Assembly (NCBI GenBank): GCA_029261065.1
Contig: JAJDCB010000023.1
Location: 39,682 to 103,681, forward strand
Direction: 5' to 3'
Origin: Candidatus Omnitrophota bacterium
Lineage (GTDB): Bacteria; Omnitrophota; Gorgyraeia; Zapsychrales; Zapsychraceae
DNA: 64,000 nucleotides
This document shows, one piece after another, positions 1 to 8,599 of the stretch. How positions within the stretch are numbered: position 1 is the first letter of the stretch; the number at the start of each line of letters is the position of its first letter. A program made the translations under genes and the position numbers. Below the pieces are notes generated by a model. That model did not search any database. It was not told where the DNA came from and saw only the letters and a program-made list of their open reading frames with translations.

Positions 1-2
1 AA

Positions 3-71
3 ATTAGTACAGGAGATGTGGAAGAAGATATTAATTTTGGTTTAAATGAAGATATGGCTCTCTACGAATAA
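3..71 (+). CDS. 3' end of a gene entering from the left edge (…ISTGDVEEDINFGLNEDMALYE*)
   Basis: Open frame from the window edge to TAA at 69-71; too short to assign a product. Confidence 0.45.
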   Translation: MSTGDVEEDINFGLNEDMALYE

Positions 72-115
72 ATTCTTTCCGTTATAATTTTTGTTAAAAT
101 TTCCAAAATAAATAT

Positions 116-640
116 ATGCGTAAAATAACTCATCAAGAAAATGTTTTGAGGCAAGAGGAAAAAAGTAATATACCTCGCATCCCTTTAACGGTTGTTATCC
201 ATAATGTTAGAAGCCTATATAATGTTGGCTCGATATTTAGAACAGCTGATGGGGCGGGTGTTGAGAAAGTTTGGATTTGTGGATATACAGGGAAGCCTCC
301 TAATAATCAAATTTCCAAAACAGCTCTTGGAGCTGAGGAGTCTGTTCCTTGGGGTTATAGAGAAGATGTTATTTCTCTTATTAAAGAGTTGAAAGAGGCG
401 GGATACAAAATCGTCTTACTTGAGCAAATGAAGGAAAGTGTTTTATACCAGGACTTTAAGCCTCAATCGAAGGTGTGTTTGGTGTTGGGCAACGAAATTG
501 AAGGCATTTCTGAAGATTTACTGTCCTTGTGTGATATTCCTATAGAGATCGAAATGGCAGGTCTTAAAAATTCATTAAATGTTGCTGTGGCGTTTGGGAT
601 TGTCGCTTACCACATTAAAGGTGAGCTGAAAAAAAATTAA
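116..640 (+). CDS. SpoU/TrmH family RNA 2'-O-methyltransferase
   Basis: SPOUT motifs NVRSLYNVGSIFRTAD, VLGNEIEGIS, IEMAGLKNSLNVAVA. Confidence 0.93.
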   Translation: MRKITHQENVLRQEEKSNIPRIPLTVVIHNVRSLYNVGSIFRTADGAGVEKVWICGYTGKPPNNQISKTALGAEESVPWGYREDVISLIKELKEAGYKIVLLEQMKESVLYQDFKPQSKVCLVLGNEIEGISEDLLSLCDIPIEIEMAGLKNSLNVAVAFGIVAYHIKGELKKN

Positions 641-659
641 AAAAATGCTACTTATACAG

Positions 660-690
660 TTGACAAGCTAATAGTTAGGTGGTAAACTTT
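660..690 (+). promoter_or_regulatory. Sigma70 promoter of the MarR-family gene with overlapping candidate operator
   Basis: TTGACA (660-665), 17-bp spacer, TGn-TAAACT (683-688); ATAGTT-N8-AACTTT at 671-690 resembles the palindrome at 1211-1230. Confidence 0.7.
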
Positions 691-721
691 TATTACAGTT
701 AAGAAAAACCAGAAGGAAAAT

Positions 722-1195
722 ATGGATTATTTTAAATCATTCGGAATCAATATAGGAGAGGGCAAACACCACGAGGAATCGATCTACGGCGTTGCCTTGC
801 TTTATAATCTCCTTCACACCCAAATTGGTGAGTACCTCTCACCTTACAAATTAACCATCGGAAAATTAAATGTGCTAGTCACCATTCGCCATCGCGGCGG
901 AGATCAGGGGATTAGTCAAGTTGATATCAGTAAACACTTAATTGTGACACCAGCCAATATGACTAGGCTTCTAGATAAGCTAGAAAAAGAAGGCCATGTC
1001 CAAAGAAGTGCGCAGCCAGGTGATCGCCGTGTTAACCTTATTCGGACTACAGAGCAGGCAGATAAGCTGTTGGATGACCTGTGGCCTGGGTATATTCAAT
1101 TATTAGAGAAGTTAACTATTGGTGTCCCAAAAGAGAATCAAAAGTCGTTGTCAGGGATGTTAATGGATTGGATTGGAGAATTAACGAAGGGATAA
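722..1195 (+). CDS. MarR family transcriptional regulator
   Basis: wHTH pattern ISQVDISKHLIVTPANMTRLLDKLEKEGHVQR and DRRVNLIRTT. Confidence 0.92.
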   Translation: MDYFKSFGINIGEGKHHEESIYGVALLYNLLHTQIGEYLSPYKLTIGKLNVLVTIRHRGGDQGISQVDISKHLIVTPANMTRLLDKLEKEGHVQRSAQPGDRRVNLIRTTEQADKLLDDLWPGYIQLLEKLTIGVPKENQKSLSGMLMDWIGELTKG

Positions 1196-1210
1196 ATTTT
1201 TTTTGTTCAC

Positions 1211-1230
1211 ATAGTTAATCAATTAACTAT
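1211..1230. promoter_or_regulatory. Palindromic operator ATAGTTAAT-CA-ATTAACTAT, likely bound by the MarR regulator
   Basis: Perfect 9-bp inverted repeat directly after the regulator gene and upstream of the next operon; degenerate copy over the regulator's own promoter. Confidence 0.65.
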
Positions 1231-1329
1231 TGCTTGATTAACTTAAATTAAAAAGGTCGTCCCCGCTCGAGCGGGGCCGAACCTCGTCATTTTTCATAAT
1301 AAATGACGAAAATGACGGGAGATGCAAAA

Positions 1330-2040
1330 ATGAAGAAATTATTTTTACTTTTGATTGTGTTAGTTATTTTTGCGGGTTGTTATACCACAGGACTTTCACC
1401 CCGTGAATCAGGATCATACAATTATTCTAATTTTGTTTACAGTCTATATGACAGTGTACAATTTCGCCCTTTTGATGAGCCACAAAAAATTATGTTGCCC
1501 ATGAAGTTAGGTATTGCGCAAGTTGGAGAGAGTTCTCCTTCACAATTGATGGTGGATATCCTTAAAGATGAAAGTGGCCTATTTGATAAAGTTTCAGTAA
1601 TTCCATCTGGTCTTGGGAAAGACTCAAATAATCGTAAAGAAAAATTTAAAACGGCTAAAGTAGAATTATCTCAAATGAGACGCTTAGCCAATGATTTAGG
1701 AGTTGATTACATCTTTTTATTTGGTGGTTCAGCAGACATTGGACGAACAGGCAATTGGCTTGAAGTTTTTGATCTAACCGGTGTTGGCGCAATGATCTTA
1801 CCAAGTCAGAAAATTCGCATTGAAGGCCAATCATCAGGAGCATTGATAGATATTAAAAGTGGTAAAGTGCTGATGTCTGTCAGCACAGAATCTTCCCTTA
1901 AGGCGATGGCTTCAACGTATAATGCCGAAGATACCAAACAAGACAAATTAGCAAAATTACGTGATTCTTTGGTTAAATCGCTGGCTGACAACTTTGTTGA
2001 ACAATTGGCTAGCAAGGATGATGGTCAGAGCGTAGAATAA
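1330..2040 (+). CDS. Lipoprotein, rhombotarget-lipoprotein-like
   Basis: Start re-set to ATG 1330 (MKKLFLLLIVLVIFAG|C lipobox, GGGAG upstream); LPMKLGIAQV…LGVDYIFLF…ALIDIKSGKVL pattern resembles that family. Confidence 0.65.
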   Translation: MKKLFLLLIVLVIFAGCYTTGLSPRESGSYNYSNFVYSLYDSVQFRPFDEPQKIMLPMKLGIAQVGESSPSQLMVDILKDESGLFDKVSVIPSGLGKDSNNRKEKFKTAKVELSQMRRLANDLGVDYIFLFGGSADIGRTGNWLEVFDLTGVGAMILPSQKIRIEGQSSGALIDIKSGKVLMSVSTESSLKAMASTYNAEDTKQDKLAKLRDSLVKSLADNFVEQLASKDDGQSVE

Positions 2041-2069
2041 ATGGAATTAATTCAAGGAGGTAAGTTGTT

Positions 2070-2579
2070 ATGGATGAGAAGAAAAAAAACGTTCCACTTA
2101 TTGTAGCATTAACTATTCCCCTAATGATGGTGGTAATAATTGCTGTGAGCATTTATTTACCCAGTCTTTTTGTCAAACCTACAACAAATTTTATTTATAG
2201 TTTAGGAGGGGATTATTATTCGCAACATAGGTATGCTGTAAAGGAAGGGCGCGTAGCGCAAATAGATGTAAAATATCCAGAAAATAATTACTCGCCTACG
2301 AACTATAAAGATCCAAGGATTTATTATCATGATATTGTAAGTAATACGACAAGAGAGATATCCCTAGAAGAAGCTCAAAGCTTTCTTCTAGATGATCGTA
2401 ATGTCTCCATCGATGGTTTCCAGATTGTTTCGGGAAGTCATGGTGGAGACATTTTTTTTTATGACTATTCGTCACGATATAAAAGATATATAAAGAAGGG
2501 TTCTTTTAGTAAGAAGTTAAACTTAGATAATGACGAGACATATTACTTTCAGTTTCTTGGATGGGAGGTAACAAAATGA
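2070..2579 (+). CDS. Membrane-anchored hypothetical protein
   Basis: AGGAGG RBS, single N-terminal TM helix, ends FQFLGW. Confidence 0.75.
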   Translation: MDEKKKNVPLIVALTIPLMMVVIIAVSIYLPSLFVKPTTNFIYSLGGDYYSQHRYAVKEGRVAQIDVKYPENNYSPTNYKDPRIYYHDIVSNTTREISLEEAQSFLLDDRNVSIDGFQIVSGSHGGDIFFYDYSSRYKRYIKKGSFSKKLNLDNDETYYFQFLGWEVTK

Positions 2580-3565
2580 TGAATAAACTAAACGTTATTG
2601 GCGGATTAAAAGCATTAATAAGAGCAGGAGAGGTAACCAAGAAAGAATTGTTGGACATATACGATGAGGAAACGAAAGATGGCTCTCAGAGTAGGGCTGA
2701 GAAACAATCAAAGATTTCTAATATTCTTTATTTTATTGGTGGCATGATCGTCTTTTTGGGTATTTGTATCTTTGTTGGGTCAAACTGGAATCATCTTAAT
2801 GATGTGACTAAGATACTGGCGACATTAGGTTCATCGGTCGCGATGTTTATGGCGGCAACTTTATTGGGACGATATGGTAATCTAGAGAAGGTTTCAGATG
2901 CGTTTTATTTTATTGCCTCCTTGATAGCCCCGGTTGGAACTTTCATTACTCTAGATATTGCAGGTATGGATACAGGGACAGCTGGCGTGCATACTCTTAT
3001 TGCGGCCATACTTTTTGCTGTGCAGGTCTCTTTCTATATGTTTGAGAAACGAAATGTTTTTGTGGTGTTTCAAGTCATTTTTGGCTCGTGGTTATTTTTT
3101 GCCCTAACAACAACGTTGATGGGAGGCCGCCCTTTTGCTGATTGGGATTTTATTAAGTACAGATGGTTGATTGCAGGCCTTTCCCATGCGGTGCTAGGAT
3201 ATGCCTTGGTTAATACATCTAAAAGTGGCCTGACGCCGTGGCTTTATAGTGGTGGTATTATTTCCTTTTTGACATCTGCCTTGTGTTTGGGTGGTTATTC
3301 ACCTGACCAGAATATATTCTGGGAGCTAATTTTTCCGGGATTAGTATTTGGCGTTCTTTTTTTAAGTGTCTATTTAAAAGCAAGGTCGTTTCTCATTTTT
3401 GGAACAACCTTTCTTATGTTTTATATTATTAAGATTACAAATGAATATTTTACATCAGGTTTTGGTTGGGCCTTATCGTTAATTGTTATCGGCTTTTTAT
3501 TAATGGGAACAGGTTATTTTGCTTTTTATATCAACAATAAATATATTAAGGAAGGGCAGGTCTAA
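2576..3565 (+). CDS. DUF2157-like multi-pass membrane protein
   Basis: ATGA overlap with upstream stop; ILYFIGGMIVFLGICIFVGSNWNHL motif and about 9 TM helices. Confidence 0.75.
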   Translation: MMNKLNVIGGLKALIRAGEVTKKELLDIYDEETKDGSQSRAEKQSKISNILYFIGGMIVFLGICIFVGSNWNHLNDVTKILATLGSSVAMFMAATLLGRYGNLEKVSDAFYFIASLIAPVGTFITLDIAGMDTGTAGVHTLIAAILFAVQVSFYMFEKRNVFVVFQVIFGSWLFFALTTTLMGGRPFADWDFIKYRWLIAGLSHAVLGYALVNTSKSGLTPWLYSGGIISFLTSALCLGGYSPDQNIFWELIFPGLVFGVLFLSVYLKARSFLIFGTTFLMFYIIKITNEYFTSGFGWALSLIVIGFLLMGTGYFAFYINNKYIKEGQV

Positions 3566-6500
3566 TGTCATCGGCATTACATTCAAAAGGATTTAGAGGA
3601 TTACTAAGCACACAGTTTTTAGGCGCATTTAATGATAATGCTTTTCGTTTTGTAATTTTTGCAATCATTGTTGATCGCATGGATCAGACAGGGGGGAGTG
3701 CTCTTTATTTAGCCATCGCAGGGGCGATGTTCTTATCTCCTTTTTTAATTTTCTCAACCCTCGCGGGATATCTCGCTGATCGGTTTAGCAAACAGAAAAT
3801 TATTCAAATCACAAAAGTTATTGAGCTTTTTATTATGGGTTTTGGATTATGGGCCTTTTTAACGGGATCCATTTGGGCGTTGCTTGCTGTCTTATTTTTT
3901 ATGGGAACCCAAAGTGCATTTTTTAGTCCTTCTAAATATGGAATCATTCCAGAAATTCTTAGTAAAGAAGAGCTCTCTGAAGGTAATGGAACGTTACAGA
4001 TGTGGAGTTATGTGGCCATATTGTTAGGTCAGGCCAGTTACGGATTTATGATGGAGTACACACAACCCCATTATTTTAAGATGGCATACATTTTTATGGC
4101 TATCTCTGTGTTGGGGATCTTTACAAGTCTGTTTGTAACAAAGGTAGAATCAAAGAAAAGTGAGCGGTCCTTACAAGTCAACATTGTTAAAGAAATGGTT
4201 GAGAATATCCGTTGGATTAAAAAAGATCGATCGCTTATTTTATCGATTCTTGGTTTGATGTACTTTGGTTTTTTGGGTGGGTTATTTCAGCCAAACATTC
4301 AACTGTATGCAAGAAAGTTACTGGAAGTTAGCCATCTTATGACAGGGTTATTGCTAGCCTTCTTAACGATTGGCTTAGGTTTAGGATGTTGGGTTGCTGG
4401 TCAATTATCGGATAAAAAGATTGAGTTAGGTTTGGTCCCGCTTGGTGCCGTTGGTATAAGTGTTTTTGCCTGCGTTCTTGGTTTTGTTTCGCATTCATAT
4501 TATTTGGCAGCTATGACTGTTTTTTTCTTGGGATTTTTCAGCGGTTTTTACATCGTCCCCTTAAATACATTGATTCAACAAAATAGCCCAGAAGACCGAC
4601 GTGGTCAGGTGTTAGCTACAAGTAATGTGTTAACTTTTGTTGCCATCCTACTAGGGACTTCATCGATCTATTTATTTCATGATATCTTTCATTTAAACGC
4701 TGCTCATATTTTTGTTATGGTTGGGCTTTTAACAATTATTGGAACAGTCTATATCACATCATTATTGCCGTACGCTTTCGTAAGATTGTTGATTTGGATT
4801 TTAGCGCATACGGTTTATAAGATTCGTACGATTAATAAAGAATACTTACCTCAATCCGGAGGCGCTCTTTTAGTATCTAATCATGTCTCCTACATTGATG
4901 CTTTACTTTTAGTGGTCACAACGGAGCGTCCTATTAGATTTTTGATGTATCGTGATATTTATAATCTAAAACTATTGCATCCACTATTTAAAATAGCAAA
5001 CGTGATTCCTATTTCTTACACAGATGGCCCTAAAGAGATTGTGAAATCTTTAAATCAAGCGACGGAAGCAATTAAAAATGGAGATCTTGTTTGTATTTTT
5101 CCAGAAGGGCAGTTAACGCGAACAGGGAATATGTTGAAGTTTAATAGAGGGTTAGAGCGAATTGTCAAAAATACTGATTGTCCGATTGTGCCTATTCACT
5201 TAGATCGGGTTTGGGGAAGCATTTTCAGTTATGAGCGTGGTCGATATTTGTTTAAGGTTCCCAAAATGATACCTTATCCTGTGACGATTAGCTATGGATC
5301 GCCAATGCCCTCTGAATCTTCGACGTTTGAGATACGTGCGTGCATTCAGGAGTTGGGGGCTGATGCTTTTGCGCATCGACTTGATGATAAGTTAACGCTG
5401 CCAGAGGCTTTTTGGCGTGAAGCACGGAGAAGCCCTTTTAAGTTTTGTATGGCGGATACTAGTGGGAAAAAGTTGAATTTTGCATCATCACTCATTTCAG
5501 CTGTGGCTTTAGCGGGTAAGTTAAAGAAGCCATTATCTAAAGATGTAAATGTCGGTGTGCTTGTGCCTCCTTCCGTGGGTGGATGTTTGACAAACATTGC
5601 GTTATCTATTTTAAACAAAGTTCCTATAAACATAAATTATACATCCTCGAAAGAGGCGATGGACTCGATTGTTCAACAGTGTGATATGAAAAAAATTGTC
5701 ACATCCCGTGCCTTTATGGAGAAGGTCAAGATTGATGTCGCAGCAGAGCTTATTTATTTAGAGGATTTGTTACCATCTATTAATCTGGGAGACAAATTGG
5801 CAGCTATCTTTAAGAGTTTTTTAACTCCTGTCGATTTATCGCGTCGATTGATTTTCGGTTCTCGTCAAACAAGAAGTATGGATCACTTGGCGACGATTAT
5901 GTTTACCAGTGGAAGCACAGGCAACCCTAAAGGGGTGATGTTAACACATGCAAACATCACTTCAAATTTGGAGGGGCTTTATCAAATTTTTCATATTCAA
6001 GAAAAAGATTGTTTGCTCGGTGTTTTACCATTCTTTCATTCATTTGGTTTTACAGCGACAATGTGGTTTCCCTTAGTGAGTGGTATGGGTGTTGTGTATC
6101 ATAACAATCCTTTGGATGCGAAGATGATTGGAAAGCTTGTCAAAAAATACGAAGCGACTATTTTGATGTCGACACCTACGTTTTTAAATGCGTATATCCG
6201 CCGTTGCAGCGAAGATCAGTTTCAGAGTTTACGGGTTGTGGTTGTTGGGGCAGAGAAGCTTAAGAGCTCAGTCGCCGAAGCCTTTAAAGAGAAGTTTGAT
6301 ATCGATCCTATGGAAGGCTATGGCTGTACCGAATTATCTCCGATCGTCTCTCTTAATCTTCCTGATTATCGTGAACGTGGTGTGAAACAAAAAGCTTTTA
6401 AACCAGGAAAAATTGGTTTGCCGCTTCCAGGTATTGCGGTCAAGGTCGTTGATCAAGATTCCGATGCGTTGAAGGGTGTAAATGAGAATGGTTTACTTTT

Positions 6501-6966
6501 TATAAAAGGTCCTAATGTGATGAAGGGGTATTTGAATCAAGATGAAAAAACGAAGGAAGTTATCCAAGAGGGTTGGTATAAGACCGGTGATATCGCCAAC
6601 ATCGACGAAGATGGTTTTTTAATGATTACGGATCGTTTAAGTCGTTTTAGCAAGATTGCCGGTGAGATGGTTCCTCACATCAAGATTGAAGATAAGATGC
6701 ATGAGATATTAAATGTAACGGAACAAACATGTGTGGTGGTGTCATTACCAGATGAAAAGAAGGGCGAGAAGCTGGTTGTTCTTTGTTTACGAGATGTAGA
6801 TGTTGTCTCCTTAGTTGACGAACTCAAACAAAGCGAGTTACCCAATTTGTGGATCCCTGATGTATCAATGTTTCACAAAGTTGATGCGATTCCGTTGTTG
6901 GGATCGGGGAAGTTAGATTTGGGGAAGATTAAGAAAATTGCGGGGGAAGTATTCTCGGGATCTTAG
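3565..6966 (+). CDS. aas: MFS (LplT-like) / PlsC acyltransferase / acyl-ACP synthetase fusion (Aas-like)
   Basis: TQFLGAFNDN MFS start; NHVSYID and IFPEG acyltransferase motifs; FTSGSTGNPKG, EGYGCTE, GWYKTGD AMP-binding motifs. Confidence 0.92.
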   Translation: MSSALHSKGFRGLLSTQFLGAFNDNAFRFVIFAIIVDRMDQTGGSALYLAIAGAMFLSPFLIFSTLAGYLADRFSKQKIIQITKVIELFIMGFGLWAFLTGSIWALLAVLFFMGTQSAFFSPSKYGIIPEILSKEELSEGNGTLQMWSYVAILLGQASYGFMMEYTQPHYFKMAYIFMAISVLGIFTSLFVTKVESKKSERSLQVNIVKEMVENIRWIKKDRSLILSILGLMYFGFLGGLFQPNIQLYARKLLEVSHLMTGLLLAFLTIGLGLGCWVAGQLSDKKIELGLVPLGAVGISVFACVLGFVSHSYYLAAMTVFFLGFFSGFYIVPLNTLIQQNSPEDRRGQVLATSNVLTFVAILLGTSSIYLFHDIFHLNAAHIFVMVGLLTIIGTVYITSLLPYAFVRLLIWILAHTVYKIRTINKEYLPQSGGALLVSNHVSYIDALLLVVTTERPIRFLMYRDIYNLKLLHPLFKIANVIPISYTDGPKEIVKSLNQATEAIKNGDLVCIFPEGQLTRTGNMLKFNRGLERIVKNTDCPIVPIHLDRVWGSIFSYERGRYLFKVPKMIPYPVTISYGSPMPSESSTFEIRACIQELGADAFAHRLDDKLTLPEAFWREARRSPFKFCMADTSGKKLNFASSLISAVALAGKLKKPLSKDVNVGVLVPPSVGGCLTNIALSILNKVPININYTSSKEAMDSIVQQCDMKKIVTSRAFMEKVKIDVAAELIYLEDLLPSINLGDKLAAIFKSFLTPVDLSRRLIFGSRQTRSMDHLATIMFTSGSTGNPKGVMLTHANITSNLEGLYQIFHIQEKDCLLGVLPFFHSFGFTATMWFPLVSGMGVVYHNNPLDAKMIGKLVKKYEATILMSTPTFLNAYIRRCSEDQFQSLRVVVVGAEKLKSSVAEAFKEKFDIDPMEGYGCTELSPIVSLNLPDYRERGVKQKAFKPGKIGLPLPGIAVKVVDQDSDALKGVNENGLLFIKGPNVMKGYLNQDEKTKEVIQEGWYKTGDIANIDEDGFLMITDRLSRFSKIAGEMVPHIKIEDKMHEILNVTEQTCVVVSLPDEKKGEKLVVLCLRDVDVVSLVDELKQSELPNLWIPDVSMFHKVDAIPLLGSGKLDLGKIKKIAGEVFSGS

Positions 6967-6978
6967 AGGGTTAATATT

Positions 6979-7473
6979 ATGAATGGAATAATAATTTTAA
7001 GTTTTGTTTTTCTTTTTACAATAGCAATCATTTGGATGCTATCTAAAATAGCGAAAGCTTGTAATCAAGCTCTTGATGTGACGACTACGGGTATGCTCTT
7101 TTTTATTATGGGTTTGTTTGTGGGCGTTCCATTGTTTATTTATGGTGTGGGTATTGTCATTGCTACAATATATTTTACGGCAATCTCATATGATGCCACA
7201 GGATTAGGGATTATCGTTGGGCCACCTATTGCTGCATTGGGATGTCTTTTCTTATTGTGTTTTATACCAGCGGTTCATTGGCTCAAGCCTAATGCTAAGG
7301 GAAAGAAAATGATGATAGTGGCTATTAGTTTTGTTGCGCTTGTTGTTTTGTGTTTTGTTATGAAAGGTTTTGTTGCTTATAAGTGGAGAAACGATGCGTA
7401 TTTTAAGAAGCAAGAGCGAACAAGAGAGAGGTATAAATCAGAGCGTAAAGAGGCGGTGTGGGAGGCTCTTTGA
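6979..7473 (+). CDS. Hypothetical membrane protein (about 4 TM helices)
   Basis: GAGGG RBS, hydrophobic segments, sits in operon context. Confidence 0.7.
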   Translation: MNGIIILSFVFLFTIAIIWMLSKIAKACNQALDVTTTGMLFFIMGLFVGVPLFIYGVGIVIATIYFTAISYDATGLGIIVGPPIAALGCLFLLCFIPAVHWLKPNAKGKKMMIVAISFVALVVLCFVMKGFVAYKWRNDAYFKKQERTRERYKSERKEAVWEAL

Positions 7474-7477
7474 TAAT

Positions 7478-8362
7478 ATGTTTAAATATTACTGGGTCCC
7501 CGCTTTCGCGGGGATGACAATATTATTATTTTTATTAATAGAATCGCTTACGTTTAGCGTGGGATCTCCACTTTACCTGTCATTCCCGCGAATGCGGGAA
7601 TCTCATGCTAGCGATAATCTTAATTCAACTGTTACATCAAATTACGTTCTCACCACAGATAACAAAAAAATCAAATACGACCATTATCTCAATGGGCATA
7701 GCCAAGTTATAATCCTTGCCCATGGATTTTACAACAGCAAACAAGCTGTTTTGTTTAAGCAGATGGCTGCTGATTTGAGTGATGCGTATGATGTGATTGT
7801 TTTTGATTTTCGGGGGCATGGGGAAAGTGAGGGGGTGTTTACGTGGACGGCGAGGGAGCCGAAGGATTTGGAGGCGGTTGTTGATTATGCGCATAAGAGT
7901 TATCAAAAGGTAGGTGTTGTGGGTTTTTCTTTAGGGGCGGCATCAAGTTTGATTCTGGCGGCTCAATCGGATAAGATAACAAGTCTTATTGCGGTTAGTC
8001 CTCCTACAAAATTTAGACAAGTCGATTTTCATTTTTGGAAAATGGGTATGGCTGAGAATATTGTGTATAATACGTTTCAAGAAGGACGCATAGGTAAAGG
8101 CGTACGGCCCGGGTTATTGTGGCATAAAAAGACTCATCCGATAAACGTGGTGGATCAAATTCAAACTCCAACGATGTTTGTTCATGGCCAAGAAGATTGG
8201 TTGATTTTACCAGGGCATTCCAAAAAATTGTATGAAAAGGCTAAATGCCAAAAACAACTCAATATTGTTGAAGGCGGAACACATGCCGAGTACTTGTACC
8301 GATCGGATAAAGAGGGAATCATGGATATGTTTAAAGAATGGTTTCAGTTGACATTGTTGTAG
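7478..8362 (+). CDS. Alpha/beta fold hydrolase with REP-derived N-terminus
   Basis: AHGF, DFRGHGES, nucleophile GFSLG, HGQEDWLI, GTH. ATG 7478 follows the upstream stop; the ORF-track start at 7370 overlaps the previous gene. Confidence 0.88.
   Translation: MFKYYWVPAFAGMTILLFLLIESLTFSVGSPLYLSFPRMRESHASDNLNSTVTSNYVLTTDNKKIKYDHYLNGHSQVIILAHGFYNSKQAVLFKQMAADLSDAYDVIVFDFRGHGESEGVFTWTAREPKDLEAVVDYAHKSYQKVGVVGFSLGAASSLILAAQSDKITSLIAVSPPTKFRQVDFHFWKMGMAENIVYNTFQEGRIGKGVRPGLLWHKKTHPINVVDQIQTPTMFVHGQEDWLILPGHSKKLYEKAKCQKQLNIVEGGTHAEYLYRSDKEGIMDMFKEWFQLTLL
7492..7603. repeat. Pair of REP-like palindromes inside the CDS
   Basis: CTGGGTCCCCGCTTTCGCGGGGATGACA (7492-7519) and TGTCATTCCCGCGAATGCGGGAATCT (7578-7603); same family as copies at 10952, 48576, 53783 and 58797. 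Confidence 0.85.
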
Positions 8363-8378
8363 TATCAAAAGAGCAAGA

Positions 8379-8565
8379 AAGATACAAGATACAAGTTACA
8401 AGGTACAAGATACAAAAATAATCAATTTTTAAAATTCAATAATCAAATATGACACTAGTAAGAATTTGTTTGGAATTTAAATTTTGAGTATTGTATCTTT
8501 TTTGCCCCGCCTTTTGCGGGGTCCCGCTAAAAGCGGGATAACTTGTGTCTTGTAACTTGGTTATT
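8379..8565. repeat. Heptamer tandem repeats (AAGNTAC x5) with a downstream inverted heptamer arm
   Basis: AAGATAC AAGATAC AAGTTAC AAGGTAC AAGATAC (8379-8413); complementary TTGTATC…TTGTGTC TTGTAAC (8491-8556). Confidence 0.8.
8505..8538 (+). mobile_element. 34-bp double-hairpin mini-insertion CCCCGCC…CGGGGTCCCGC…GCGGGA
   Basis: Removing it restores a TTGTAAC heptamer; preceded by TTTTG; a homologous element lies at 38560-38615 on the minus strand. Confidence 0.7.
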
Positions 8566-8599
8566 CTTGACAATATCGACTTTAATAGAGGAGTAAATA

